Translations under genes and position numbers: made by a program
Notes under the pieces: generated by a model
Told to the model about the DNA's origin: nothing
The model's input: only the letters and a program-made list of their open reading frames with translations
Database searches by the model: none
Shown here: positions 1-13,000 of the stretch, piece by piece
How the letters are laid out: each line of letters opens with the position of its first letter
Numbering within the stretch: the first letter of the stretch is position 1
DNA from: Antedon mediterranea
Taxonomy: Eukaryota > Animalia > Echinodermata
Length of the DNA stretch: 64,000 bases
Reading direction: 5' to 3'
Assembly (NCBI RefSeq): GCF_964355755.1
Contig: NC_092675.1
Coordinates: 31,034,912-31,098,911 of the forward strand

Positions 1-54
1 TAATGATAAAATTAAAAGACGATGGAGGACGATTGATGTTATGCCGGTTTTTAC

Positions 55-502
55 GGTAAAGTAGATTACTGTCGTGATAGCAAGCGTAAAGTAGATTACT
101 GTCGTGATAGCATGCGTAAAGTAGATTACTGTCGTGATAGCATGCGTAAAGTAGATTACTGTCGTGATAGCATGCGTAAAGTAGATTACTGTCGTGATAG
201 TATGCGTAAAGTAGATTACTGTCGTGATAGCATGCGTAAAGTAGATTACTGTGTCATGATAGCATGCGTAAAGTAGATTACTGTCGTGATAGCATGCGTA
301 AAGTAGATTGCTGTCGTGATAGCATACGTAAAGTAGATTACTGTCGTGATAGCATGCGTAAAGTAGATTACTGTCGTGATAACATGCGTAAAGTAGATTA
401 GTGTCGTGATAGCATGCGTAAAGTAGATTACTGTCGTGATAGCATGCGTAAAGTAGATTACTGTCGTGATAGCATGCGTAAAGTAGATTACTGTCGTGAT
501 AG
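55..502. repeat. Tandem minisatellite, 30-bp unit (gtagattactgtcgtgatagcatgcgtaaa), about 15 copies, in a sulfotransferase intron
   Basis: 30-bp periodicity with few variants is directly visible. Confidence 0.97.
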
Positions 503-798
503 CACGCGCATGCGTCTTTATGGTTCACACTAGGACGCAACACAAGGTTGACGTACGCGCAACGCAAGTGATTTGGCCAATCACAAGGAATGGATCACTC
601 GTCATTGGTCAACTCGCTTACATTGCGCCTACATCATTGCGTTGCGTTTTAGTAAGAAAATGGCGTACCACCTCAGCGCAAGTAATTTGACCAATCAGAA
701 ATTAGGGTCGGATGATTGATAATATTGTGCATGTACGTGTTTTTGTTTATTCCTCCTCCTTCTAGTGGGAACCAATTTAACAATTAATCATTGCAAAC

Positions 799-3700
799 CT
801 TTTCTAATAAATGATGTTTTACTGTAAATCTTATGATCAAACAGTGGCAGCCATGTACCGATAATGTTGGATTGTGCGTCATCTTTCATACTTGAAAACG
901 ACGAGTGTTTCACAACCTCGTCAATAGCTTCGTCAGACAGATTGTGACCTAGGAAGTCTGCCATCTGAATAACCGTACTTCTTGGATCCTATAAACATGA
1001 TTATTAACGACATGTTTAGGATTATAATTTTGCTTTATCTTTGTTGCAACAGATAATACTCGGTATGTGTATGTATTTTTAATGAGATACAAATAAATCA
1101 AATCAGAACAAACATGATCATAGTTGTCATCCTCTCATATCTCCCACCATCGCATCTATTGTTTATTTTATTTTTATTTTATTAATTTTGGCAAAGACAT
1201 TTAAACAAACAAACAGATAAAAATTAGCTAGATTACGCCAAGGAATGCCAAAAAAAGGCAACAGCTTCTGTCGCCGATTAGGCGTGCCACTCTAACAAAA
1301 GGCTAAAATGTACAGAAATGAATGAATGAATTTATGATAAAATCATATGTGTATATATAATTGCTTTTTTAACTCAATAATAATATTGATAAGTCACTCA
1401 CCATTTTTACATCCTCATATTTAAAGAAAAGAATGTTTGGTAAATGACGTCGTTTCCACCAAAACAAATTGTGATCAAACCAAGATCCATAAATAACTGT
1501 TAAAATACACATATATTTTTATTTTGAGACAGAAGTTGAGAAGTTTTTGTGGGACCCGGGTCTCTGTTTTTTTTAGGTATCTAGTTTCGTAGCACCACCG
1601 TGGTAAATCAAGTTTACACGGCCGGCCTCCGCAGAACATTCGATAATAAACAGCGTTTCTCTAACGGTGATTTCTTCATGAGATCTAGATGCCACCAGGG
1701 TTAATCAGGGTGAGAGTAAGGGTAACGAAAGAAATTACAATTTCATTCTCTTGGACTATGATTTGAAATCCTTAAAGCTATAAGGACTGAAACAAATAGG
1801 TGATGTGCTTAACTTAGGTCTTGCCAAAATGTTGCCCTAGTCCCGTCCTGCAATTGTATGCTTACCTTCGTTTCGAACAAAATCCTGATAGAATTGATTC
1901 CACTGCGTATATCTAGGTAAGACCACGTTATAGTTGTGGAAATGGAAGTAAGATACAGCCACGTCCTTTGGATTCCTCGATATGTAGATTACCTAAAGGA
2001 ACAAATATCATAATTCATCGGGTAGATATCCAATCGATATTAAAAAGCCAAACGGAATGTCCAGAGAGATAGAAAAGATTTTGACTACTGTATACTTAAG
2101 AAAATGTTTAAATTAGATGTACGGTATTTAAAGGGGACTTCGACAAAGTAGCGCTACCTTGAATGTTGGTTCCCACTTAAGCGTGGTTCCCACTAGAACG
2201 TAACGCAATGACGTAAACGCAACGCAAGCGTTTTAACCAATGACAAGCGAAGTTATAGACAGTTAGCAATCACAAGCGAATAAGCCATCGCTTGTGATTG
2301 GTCAATTCACTTGCGTTGCGTTGCGTCGCTAGTGGGAACCACGCTTTAGATGCAACGCAACGACGTAAGCGAATCACCGAAAGTAATTAGACCAACCACG
2401 ACACAATGAATCATCGCTTTTGGTCAACTCACTGCGCTGCGTTCGTTCGTTCGAAACCAATATTAATTCAAAGTGATGTCCTCATGCCTATTAAAATATT
2501 ACACGCGCGCGAGCATGCTTTTAAAAAGTAAGATATAAGAGGTAAAACAAAATAGGCAAGCTAGGTGATGATGTGATAATATCTTTGTTAGAATTAATGT
2601 ATCTTTTAATAATTTTACGAGGCATAGCAAACGTAGTTTTTACCTTTGCCCTATTTTCAAAAAGTTGCTGAGGTAAGTGCTTATCTGGAAGGTGCGTTTT
2701 AATAATACGCGGTGAAGGTGCGTCCTGCAGTTGATGATGACGAAATGGTGTAGTGAACTTCTCAAACTATAGATGTCAAAGAAACAGATAATATTTAGCT
2801 TAAGCTCTGTCTACACTATCAAACAAAATGTGATGTGCCCATATATGGACATGATGATGTCATTTCACTCACGAGTGCTTCTAGTGCGGCCCCAAGTTGT
2901 TATTGTACTTATCTGAATAAATGTGCATGAATGAATGAATTTTTGGGCATATCACTTCCATATTTGGGTTGGTACATCACATTTTTTGGGTCAAACTATT
3001 ACTAGTTTGTGTATGTAGACAGAGATTTAATTAAAAAATACAATGATTATGTTAAATATTATAATTTACAATACAGTACTTACGTGTGAGTAGTGAAGGG
3101 CAGCATTCATCTCTATGTATTTTATTGAGCTTAGCACGTGCTCTGTAATTTGCTTCCGATCTCCTTTTACCGAAATAAGTCGCAACATTTGCTGTATCCA
3201 AGTAGATCCTGTACGATACAATATGTTTGTCGTCAGAATACATAAATCTATCTCTCATATGCACTGTTTACCGATAGTGTAAAACAAACAAAGTGCAACT
3301 ACTAAACTTGGAAACATATTATTTTGCCAAGTAATAATTGTGTTACTGTGTCTTTCTGGGCAGAAAAAAAACATATAATAGGGCAGGCCCGTATGCAGCA
3401 TTTATAATGGGAGGGTGCGAGCGAAGCGAGCAACAATGGCTGGGGGCCAGGGGGCCGCCAAGGGCCCCCGGTCAGGGTCCAGGGGCCGAAGGCCCTGGAA
3501 AAATTTGCGTTATTTGACGTTCTAAAGACTGATGTAAGACTCTCTGTTGTGGCTTGGGCTAGTTGAACGATGGACACCAGAACTTAACGCTTTCATGATG
3601 AGGCCAACTCAGCAGGGGTGGCGCCAGGATCTTCCCGACGCGGGGGCTACATTCCCCGACGAGGGGGCTATGATGCGAGCGAAGCGAGCATCACTAGGCT

Positions 3701-5412
3701 GAGGGCCAGGGGCCGCCAAGGGCCCCCGGTTGGGGTCCAGGGGGCGAAGCCCCCGCAAGCAACGCGTTCTAGCGTCATTTGAGGTCTTTTTAATCAGATT
3801 TAGGGTAGCCATTTTTTCCATTTTTTATAATGCATAAATAAAATACTGCGTGCAAAAAAACGATGCGCGATGACGGTTTCAATCCATATTTTTCAATTTA
3901 AAAAATAAAAGTTCAAAGAAAATTTTGAAAAATAGAGTTGGAGGTCCCGGAAATTGGACTTATTATACTTCAAAACATGAAAAAAAATATATAAGTCTCT
4001 ATCATGGGTTGTGACTGAGCTAAGAAATGTTTGAAAAATAGAGATGTTAGATCCCGGAAAATGTACTTCTTGTTCTTCGAAATATGACCAGCTTTATTGT
4101 TGGGGCTGAGCTAAGAAAATGTTTAAAACTAGAGCTGCAGGTCTTCAAAAAATTGCATTTTATACTTTGGAAACATCAGGCCTAGAGGCTTAAAAAACGC
4201 AAGCGTAGACCTTTTTCAGTCGGGGGAAAAAAGTTTATTCCTCCCAGGTGTATGCATGCGTACCATCTGGACTTCCGAGTGGTGAGAAATTCATGACATA
4301 CAGGATATTGAAAATGTAATAACTATAGCTATAATGTTGGCTAAGCGAAAATGGCATGTTTTTTTGTTTAGTAATGGATGAACAATTTATTTTAGGTGCC
4401 CCACGGTACAGAAGGTTACTTGTAAATTAAAAAATTGGTGAACAAACGAACAATTAACATAATTCGTTTTTGCTGTAGTGTAGCGTACGTCGACGCAGTA
4501 CACGACGTAACCGTCGGTAAACTTTGCCTGGAAAATAACACATTACACATTTTGGTCCCTGGATGAAACTTGATATCACGCGTCTCGACCCAACGTTGAA
4601 CGATTCGTACAAAGGGATACCGCCAGACAAGTGCGTACCTAGCTATTGTTTAGTAGTAAGTTAGATCGCTGGCAATAATGAATGCATATAACGTGCATAA
4701 TATCACTCTGACGTACTCTCACGGTCAATGAAACGTCGCGGTTTTCTAGGCGCTGAAGCTAGCTACGAAGTGAACGCGAACGCTTTTTACTGTATATTAT
4801 ATTCCCCGACAAAAAGTACACGTGTTCCCTGACGTTAAGTTGTCTGTATTTCTCCAGCAAACACTTTACCGCGTACCGCGTACATGAAGCGCTAAGCTAT
4901 TGCTTGTCGTCACATGATCGACTGCGCATGTTTTACATCGAGTTTGTAGTCAGTTCAGATTCCGTAATTTAATTACCGGTATTTTTTCATTTTATATTAG
5001 CATATTTTTGTTTGTATACCATTGATAATGTAAATTTTGTATATATATAATGATATTGTCTTTAGTTAAACAAGACAAGAAAAAATACCAACCGAGGAAA
5101 TAGTGGACCTTTTGGGACTTGGGGGGGGGGGGGGTGCGTCTGCACCCAACGCACCCCCCCCCCCCCTGTAGGCCTACACAGCCGACCTCCTTATAGGCTA
5201 ATAGGGCAAACATTAAAAAACATACCTGATTTGGGATATGAAACAAACCACACATCATCGTCTCGTACTTGATATGTCCTAAGATCATCAAGAACGTTTG
5301 AAAGCATCCATTTTGAATACAGAATTCCGTCCTTTTTATGCGTTACACATTCGTTTTCCCAGTCATGATCCTGGGGAGAAAATGTAGCGTTATTGGGTCG
5401 GGACGACAACAT
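799..5412 (-). CDS. Cytosolic sulfotransferase (SULT family), multi-exon, 3' end beyond the window start
   Basis: GT-AG exons in consistent phase: 5226-5412 (..VRDDDVWFVSYPKS), 3084-3208 (GSTWIQQML..), 2644-2766 (..PSPRIIKTHLP..), 1866-1992 (VIYISRNPKDVAVSYFHF..), 1402-1496 (YGSWFDH..FFKYEDVK), 799-988 (DPRSTVIQMADFLG..SSFSSMK..FIRK). Shows the 5'-PSB loop YPKSGSTW, the 3'-PB motif RNPKDVAVS and the start of the RKG motif; the final G.VGDWK exon is not in the window. Confidence 0.95.
2180..2345. mobile_element. Harbinger/Tourist-like MITE (TIR agcgtggttcccactag), nested in a related degraded MITE (about 2167-2460)
   Basis: Terminal inverted repeats with TTA on both sides. Related copies at about 5793-5970 and 43662-44020, and a degraded one at about 520-775. 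Confidence 0.75.
2803..3028. mobile_element. MITE family with TIR agctctgtctacactatcaaac (TWA target, Harbinger-like)
   Basis: Same family at about 20545-20645, 33692-33888, 34373-34506, 37767-37885, 41423-41868 and 42433-42572, with internal catatatggacatgatgatgtcatatcactaccatatttggg repeats. Confidence 0.8.
3385..5177. mobile_element. Probable non-autonomous DNA transposon-like insertion(s) with GC-rich duplicated motifs in sulfotransferase intron 1
   Basis: Duplicated GC-rich block (gcgagcgaagcgagc..ggccaggggccgccaagggcccccgg..gggtccagggg) at about 3415-3500 and 3675-3755; cagg-type starts at 3385 and 3612; G/C-run hairpin end at 5120-5175. Boundaries uncertain. Confidence 0.45.
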
Positions 5413-5721
5413 TCAGACTCCGTGGAGACCCTGTGTTAAATATTGTCAATATAAACGGCGTAATCCGGTGTAAATTATAGGTTAAACAGTGTTATTTAGA
5501 ATGTGCTTATTTATCAATGTCTGAAAAGTAGGCCCTATGCCGCAGATATACCAGGGAGGTATTTTATACCTCCCTGGATATACTCTATAAATAGTTCTTG
5601 AACTAGTGAACCATGTAAATAAAAGCATTGTACAGCAGGCTACAAAAGAGATACAGCGGATATTGGTAAATCGTGCACCGGATAATACACATCCACTAAA
5701 ATACTGTCTGACTAATACAAT

Positions 5722-6295
5722 CTACGGCGGAGAGCACCCAAAGCTGAGCATTACCCGTTACGCCACAAAGTAGTACATACTGAACAGCATATCGTGGTTC
5801 CTACTAGCGACGCAACACAAGGACGTAACGCAACGCAAGTGAATTGACCAATCACAAGCGATGGCTTATTCGCTTGTGATTGCTAACTGTCTATAACTTC
5901 GCTTGTCATTGGTTAAAACGCTTGCGTTGCGTTTACGTCCTTGCGTTACGTTCTAGTGGGAACCAAGCTTGATAGTCTATTTATACGTGTATTACGTAAT
6001 TCATAATTACGTCATATGTTAACCTTGTTAAAACCAAAATAACCAGTAAGCTCAGTCGCCTGAGCGTCGTGTTAACAACAGGTATGTCGTGGGTTCGATT
6101 CCCACGCTGGTCGTGGAATAGAGTTAAAGGTATGCGAGCAATTGTGTTTGAAGTTCACAGAATTATACGTCCCCCTCCCCACCACACATCATGAAGCGAC
6201 AACATCAATGCATCTGGTGATGTGCTGGAAACGACCCCAAAAGGCTGTGGTAGGGCCTTAGTGCTGAGGCAGGGAGAGCACATTTAACATCATTT
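5722..6295. mobile_element. Dispersed repeat carrying tRNA-like segments (copy 1; interrupted by a MITE at about 5793-5970)
   Basis: Closely similar to about 61395-61818; contains a tRNA-like segment with B-box gggttcgattccc at about 6042-6112. Confidence 0.75.
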
Positions 6296-6932
6296 GTTTT
6301 TTGTGGCTCTCGCCACCTGTATGTTTATGTTTAAGGCGCTCAATTTTAATCAGAAAAAAAGGAATTCAGGTTACACATGATAAAAAGCTGCCGATTGTGT
6401 CTGAGCCGTTTTTATTTTTTCCTATAGGCCTAAATTTTTGCGATCTAATTTTCAAAGTGAATTTAAAAGGCATACGGTATAGATGGTGTCGTATGATATT
6501 TGTCCACCGAGTGTGACGTGCCTATTACACCGCACTCAAAGGCACTTATTTCTTTGACGCGGCATAGATGGGCTGTCGTAAATTTAGATGGTATTTCCCC
6601 TTGTCTATTTTTAGTGTTTTTCCGACAACTTCTTGAGGTGTTGGTCGGCGAGATGTAAGAGAATGTTATTCAAGGTTTGGTTTCTAGAAATAGTAAGTCA
6701 ATTTTATTTCTTAACCCGGTTTATGCTGTATACAGTAGTACTATGTTTTTTATTTTACGTTCTACGTTATTTTTAGATAGCTAGCCCAAGAGCTATTACT
6801 ACTGTGACACTTTTGTTAGGAAATGGAAAGGGCTCTAACCATGGAGTACTCCATGCTCTAGCCTAGGCGCGCCTAGGCTTACAACAGGCCAACAGGGTAG
6901 TATTAGGTGTGTTTCCGGGTTGTAGTGAATGT

Positions 6933-9343
6933 GGTGTCTGATCATTTCGGCCGCCAGTCATTTCGGCCGCCGGTTATGGAACGCCCAAAATCATGAAACG
7001 CCAAAAAAGACAAAATATGTATTATTCATTTCGGCCGCCAGAATCGTCAATATTGTTAATAACGTATGGCACGCCTTAATTGTCAAAAAGGGTGTATACA
7101 TGTGCCTATCGCCTGAATAGACGTGTGTAAATGGTGTCAATGAAATCGATCGCGTTTGAAATCGGTCGCGATAAAATAAACATCCGGTATTTTGTATGGA
7201 GCGCCACTAGATACGCTTTTTATCCTATTAGTTACATTTAAATATCGGTCGCGTTTTATTTTGGTCGCGCTAATTTGTATACGGCGCATTAGATACATTT
7301 TTAATGAAAACGTTCATTATGTTTTAGTTAATTTTGAATATTGGAATTTCTAATAATACTGTTTGACATTTTTTTAAACCTCGATCGTTATTTTTTAAGT
7401 ACAGTAAATATAAATATTTATCTCATTATTTATAAATAATTTGTGTTTCCATTTTATCTTACAGGTTTTAATGAATTGTAATGTGACTGTTCTTTTAGCA
7501 TGCCGTTGTTTAAGGTTTTGAAAATAAATAATAATCTAATAGTTAAAGCCCCATTCCCTACGTTTTTTAGATCTAATTTAAGATCACAAACTATATTTAA
7601 TGTAAAAATAATACTATATGGTCCTATTGCGATAACTTTTTTCGTCTTTAAACGGTTAAAAATGTGAAAAATAAATCGATTTTAATAATTATAGCGGCCC
7701 GCTATAAATCCCAAAATGCATTGCGCGCGGATTGATATTGTTGTTTTTCACCTGTAATTCGCCCACTTTTCGATCGATCGTGAAGCCAAAACAAATGGAA
7801 GACTCCTAACTTTTCAGCGAAAATACCGGGTTTCCCCCAATTTGTATCAACGGAGTCTGGCAAAAATAGAAAGATAATTAATGCAGCAACTATACAACGT
7901 CAGGCTAGGTATATAGCTAGCGTACGATGTTCGTACGTTACCGATGTTTACCAGCTAGGCCTACAAAACTAAGCCTAGCTAGGCTAGGCCTGAGACCGTC
8001 CACGAGAGGTCGATCGCCGCGAGCTACTTAGGTAGTGCATTGTTTCTCACTTTTTATCATAATTTACCATAAAACGTACATTTAAGACAAGGAAAGACAT
8101 GGTTTAATGTTTTTAAAGTGATATATATGTATTATTTTCCAAAAAACGTCCAAAATTGCAGGGAAGGGGTCTTTAAACAAGTAGCACAGTTAATTACGAA
8201 ACTCGTTCTATACCTGCAAGTGGATAGCTCAATGAGGTTTATGCAATAAAGGAATTTGATGCATGATAATGATTTTTGCATTCGATATCCGCCACTCTGA
8301 CGTGAGCATGGTTTAGGATAATAATAAAGTATATAGATAATATTCCGTTATAAATCAATCTACCAGCCCTACAGTAGGTCTATGATGTACAATGATGATA
8401 GATGTGAGAATAATGTATGGATAATAAAGGTGGATACGATTCTCAAAGAGGTACTGATATTTAAACATTTAGATTTACGAACGTCGTATGGATGTTATGT
8501 GAGACTACTTACTTAATTATTTACATTAAATGATTATTGTAAATAAAGAAATAAAAGATATTTTTCAAATTAAAATCTACACTATAGTATTTACGTACAG
8601 TATACGTAAATTATATACATCGTTTCACAAAAACATGTGCAGGAGGCCTATAGACGTTTTAAAAGTATGGTTGTTAGTAATAGACGTCATCTTTAGCTGG
8701 CCATGGACAACGATCGTACGTGTTTTGTCCATGATTTGACACACTAACAAGTGCGTGCTTTTTAAAAAGGGGAAACCCCGTCAGCAAAATAACTCATTGT
8801 TAGAGGAAACAGCTGCACGATCATAGAAGGCGCATCTCCAATATGACTTATTCGGGGGTTTATTTCAGTAACTCGCCTTTTAACCATCCGCATATAATGA
8901 TCATTTTTACTAACAACTATTTTTAATCACACAGCCGATTTATGACTTATGGGGGGATTAGTTTAGTAGTTTTAACTAAAGTATTTCTACACGACTTATT
9001 TTATTTCACAGTGGTTGTTGTGGGTGGGGGGTGGGGGGGGGGGGGCTGAGAGGTTGTAGGGCTCAGGAAGAAGCCGGCGAATGATAGTAAAATAGCGCAA
9101 CTCTATACAAATCAAAAAGTATGATCGTTTTTGTTGCTTGCTGTTTGAATACGCACGTCTATTCAGGCGATAGGCACATGTATACACCATTTTTTATAAT
9201 TGAGGCGTGCCATACATTAACAATATTGACGATTGTGGAGGCCGAAATGAACAATACATATTTTGTCCTTTTTGGCGTTTCATGATTTTAGGCGTTCCAT
9301 AACCGGCGGCCGAAATGACTGGCGGCCGATATGCACTGTGACC
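6933..9343. mobile_element. Non-autonomous DNA transposon, about 190-bp TIRs, GG..CC ends, 8-bp TSD gtgaatgt (Merlin/MULE-like)
   Basis: 6933-7120 is the inverted copy of about 9155-9343; gtgaatgt at 6925-6932 and 9344-9351. Confidence 0.85.
7547..8172. mobile_element. Kolobok-like non-autonomous element with TTAA target duplication, nested in the 6933-9343 element
   Basis: ttaa|agccccattccct..agggaaggggtct|ttaa; near-identical inverted copy at 21766-22391 and an internally deleted copy at about 13928-14236. Confidence 0.85.
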
Positions 9344-10046
9344 GTGAATGTACAGGTATATTTTAGCCCGAGAAACTCAAACGCATTCAATCACTCGTTT
9401 TAATCGTTGATGATTGAATGTTATTCCTTCTTTCTTTGAACATACATATTCTAATTGCTTTGTACATAAATAAAATAAGATATAACAGGAACTAGGCTAG
9501 GCCTACAGTAAATAAATTAGGCCTAGTTGTAATTTTTAGAAAAAAATCAAATAACAGTACAGTAATTGTAAATTGTAAATATAGATTTAATTAAGACAAT
9601 ATTTAGGCATGATGTTAATTTATTGTTTTTACATAAATAACAAACATATCTTGTTTAACAACATACAATTAAGCCAAAAAGTGTAATTTTAGCTGAAACC
9701 TTATTTCCCAATAATAATAATGATGATGTGCTGCGTCTCCACTAAAAAGAGTCATGTCATTGCTGTCATTTCTAGGACTCTCTCCTCTGTCCACGACAAC
9801 AGAGGCTGTACACTGTGGTAACTTCTTCATCTTAAGGTGAAGTTCTTTTACAAATTAAGTGTGTACATACAAAGAAGAATTGTTTTAACACCAGGACCAC
9901 AGAGCGAGTAAGCCTCAAATCCTTGCCGATAATTATGACTATGGATTAGTTTGCTAACTGCTTGGACACTCGCCCACACTCCCTCTCTCACTCATTCCCG
10001 AAACCTGTTTCTACTTATATTTTTGTATTTTCTAGATCTAGTGAAG

Positions 10047-13000
10047 ATGGCTGATTCTGCTTTTAACAAAGCTCTGGTTTGGTTGTCTCATGAAATATCA
10101 GAAGAAGATGAGCTTCACTGCTTACGGTTTATTACATCTTCTATTCTCAAGGCAAACTACTTTGACAGGCCTGCACAAGGAATATTTCATCTTTTAAAAC
10201 AAAATAAGTTAATTTCAGAGATGAAATGGTCTATTCTGTATGAGACATTAGGATTCATGGGACGTTTAGACTTACAAGTAGAATTCAGGAAAAGATTTGA
10301 CGGAAAAATACCAAAACAAAAATCGCCAGAGATATCCTCATTCACAAGAATGCTCATCGGTGTTTGTAAACATGTGTCCGTGTCTGCTGATGAATGGCAA
10401 AGTTTTATGTTTTTGTACCGACAAGAAGAAGGAGGTGCTAAAATTGATAGAGGATGTGTATATGCCTGCCTGCAATATCTCTTGGATAGAGATATTTTAA
10501 GAAATGACAAAAGTGCTTTAAACAAATTTAAACAAGTTCTGGAGACATCTCATCTTATACAAGCCAAGAAATGTGTGGAGCAGTACTGTAAGTTTAAATC
10601 TTTTGTAACATTAACACAACTATAAAGTAAAATATTGTTTGAAACTTGTCCCTGTGACCATCATTTTTTAAAGGATGCTATAGTCCATGAACAAGGATTA
10701 GATTTACTATGTAATGCCATTACACTTGAATTGAAGAATGTTCTGATGTGACTCTTGGAAGTCCTAGGTCCTTGTAATAACTGTCCCAACCACCACCACC
10801 TGCTTTTTTTCATAAAATGTTGTTAGGCAAGTTAAAATTAGTAAGGGCATGTATGTGGCAAAAACTTGTCTTGCTTTCCACAATATTATGGAACAATGAT
10901 GAAATATCGTTGCCAAGAGGATATGATTTCCACAGAACCCTTTAAATGTTAACCTTGTTATTACCAATATTAGTGGGACTACAAAAGCGTACTTTTTCTT
11001 TCACCTAGCCAGTTGTTCATTTGTTGTTATTAACTATCACACATGTATTTTCTTGATGATTACCACAGTGTATATTTTTATACATTTTTTAGTAAAAGAG
11101 AATAAAAGACTTCCAGAAAGAGAAATCACACCAAAACGTTCAAGGTACAGTATTTGCTACTTTTTTTTAATGAATATGTAAAAGCCATTCTAACATAAAT
11201 AAATTAATGATTGAAAAGATAAAAGGAAACCATCAAGTTACTATTTTCTGTGGTAGACTACCAATAGTTTGCCTTTAAAATACATTTCTAGAGTTATATT
11301 TATACATATTTTTATTGCCCTATTTTGTAATTTATAAAGTGAGATATTTTGCCTTATACAATTAGGCCTACACTTTTTTCATTAGTTGGCCTAAATGTTA
11401 GCAAGTGTGTTCATATTTTACACATATTATTTCACTTGAACAGTAGAACAATTGATTGTTAAGTAAGAAATTCTTACTAATCACTGATATAATGACATTT
11501 TGATACTAGAAAGTACTCTGGTGATATGTTATAATAGGTTGATTAAAGAAAAATCAAATGAAAAAAGCATTTTACACCTAGATTTCGAGAAACCCTGAGA
11601 CCTTCTCTAAGCTTTGTTTGTACACAAGCACATATGTTTTTATTTATTGACTTTATTTATTTATTTGGATTTACACCTTATTAGTAGTAGTAGTAGTAGT
11701 TATTAGTAGTACAAAGTTGCATGTGTGTGTCTATTATTGCTACAACATTTGTATATATTATTTTCTCTTCTAAACAATCAGCCCTATTATTGCTAAAGCA
11801 TCTGATGGACATGGTGATGATGGATCTTCTGCAAAGATTAATTCAGGTATAAAAATTTATATAAAAAGAAATAATTATGGGTGCAAAAATACAATCAGTT
11901 TCGATTGATAACCTAATAACTAAATTTCACGGCAAAACTGTACTACAACAAAGAGGCTTAGAATGATTAATTAAATTTTTAAAATAACCAAAACAAAACG
12001 CAAACAAAACCTACATAACTTATCTTAACAGAAAAAAATGATATGAATTGATGATGATATCATAACCAACTAAGAATAAATAAATGTTGTGATTTTATAT
12101 TTTGTGTAATTTGTTTGTGATGTTTAGTTGTGAGTGGGTTGTGTGTCGAATATGTGATTGATAATTCTTTTAATTTTCAGAATATAAGATTTCTGGGGAT
12201 CATAATATCATTGTAATTGGTTCATCAAGTGCGAATATAAAACAAGGTTACCATACTTTTTAAAATATTTTTTAAAATAATCAGTTATTAACATTTTTCA
12301 CTAAAGATATAATAATATTGAATAACGCAGCAATACTTATTTAATTTTTAGCTGGATTGGTTCCATCAGGTATCCACCCAATGTCTGGCCAACAGATAGG
12401 AACAAAGGAAGAAGAACTAATGAAGGACCAACAATCAATGGTTTCTGATCATCCTGAGGATAAAATGAACAAACACCAAACATCAGTAGCTGAAGGCCAA
12501 CCAATGCACCTCAAGTCAGAAATTGACGATCAAACTGACCAACAGGAAAAGGTGAATGAAGAAAGAGAACCCCGAGACTCAATGGACCAAGCAGGCACAG
12601 ACTTACAGTCACAATCACCAATGCACAGACAGGAGGGAATAAAAGGTCAAATGTCGGTAACAGACAACCAAGATAGTGGAATACAAAGGGATTTATCTAT
12701 AGGTTTGTCATCAACGTTTTTAATCATCTTTTTTAAAGACTTGGTTTGAATAAAATTGAATGTGTTATTGTTTTTTTGTGTCTCTTTTTAGTTAGGTTGA
12801 GGAACCCAGTTAGACAAGGCTCACCTTCTAGTTGTGATCCTTTAGCTGTTAAATTATTATTTATCATTTCTGTATTTCAAGTATGCTTAATACATTTTTT
12901 TTTTACAGTTTTCAATACAATAAATATCACATAATAATAATAAGAATTCTAACACTTTTCAGATTTTCCAAAATCATTGTCATCTTTCCCACCAACATCT

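Noticed and set aside
55-502. CRISPR-like appearance of regular repeats (also 26675-28622 and 44571-45591)
   Set aside because: Head-to-tail units with no unique spacers, in eukaryotic introns, with no cas genes.
3302-3821. Pro/Gly-rich - strand ORFs
   Set aside because: GC-rich repeat sequence inside a sulfotransferase intron; no domain recognised.
6042-6112. Functional tRNA-Val gene
   Set aside because: D-arm and anticodon arm are irregular and the segment is embedded in a dispersed repeat; treated as tRNA-derived.
12792-12830. Possible extra small exon in the kinase linker
   Set aside because: Acceptor is plausible but there is no convincing donor, and the model is in frame without it.
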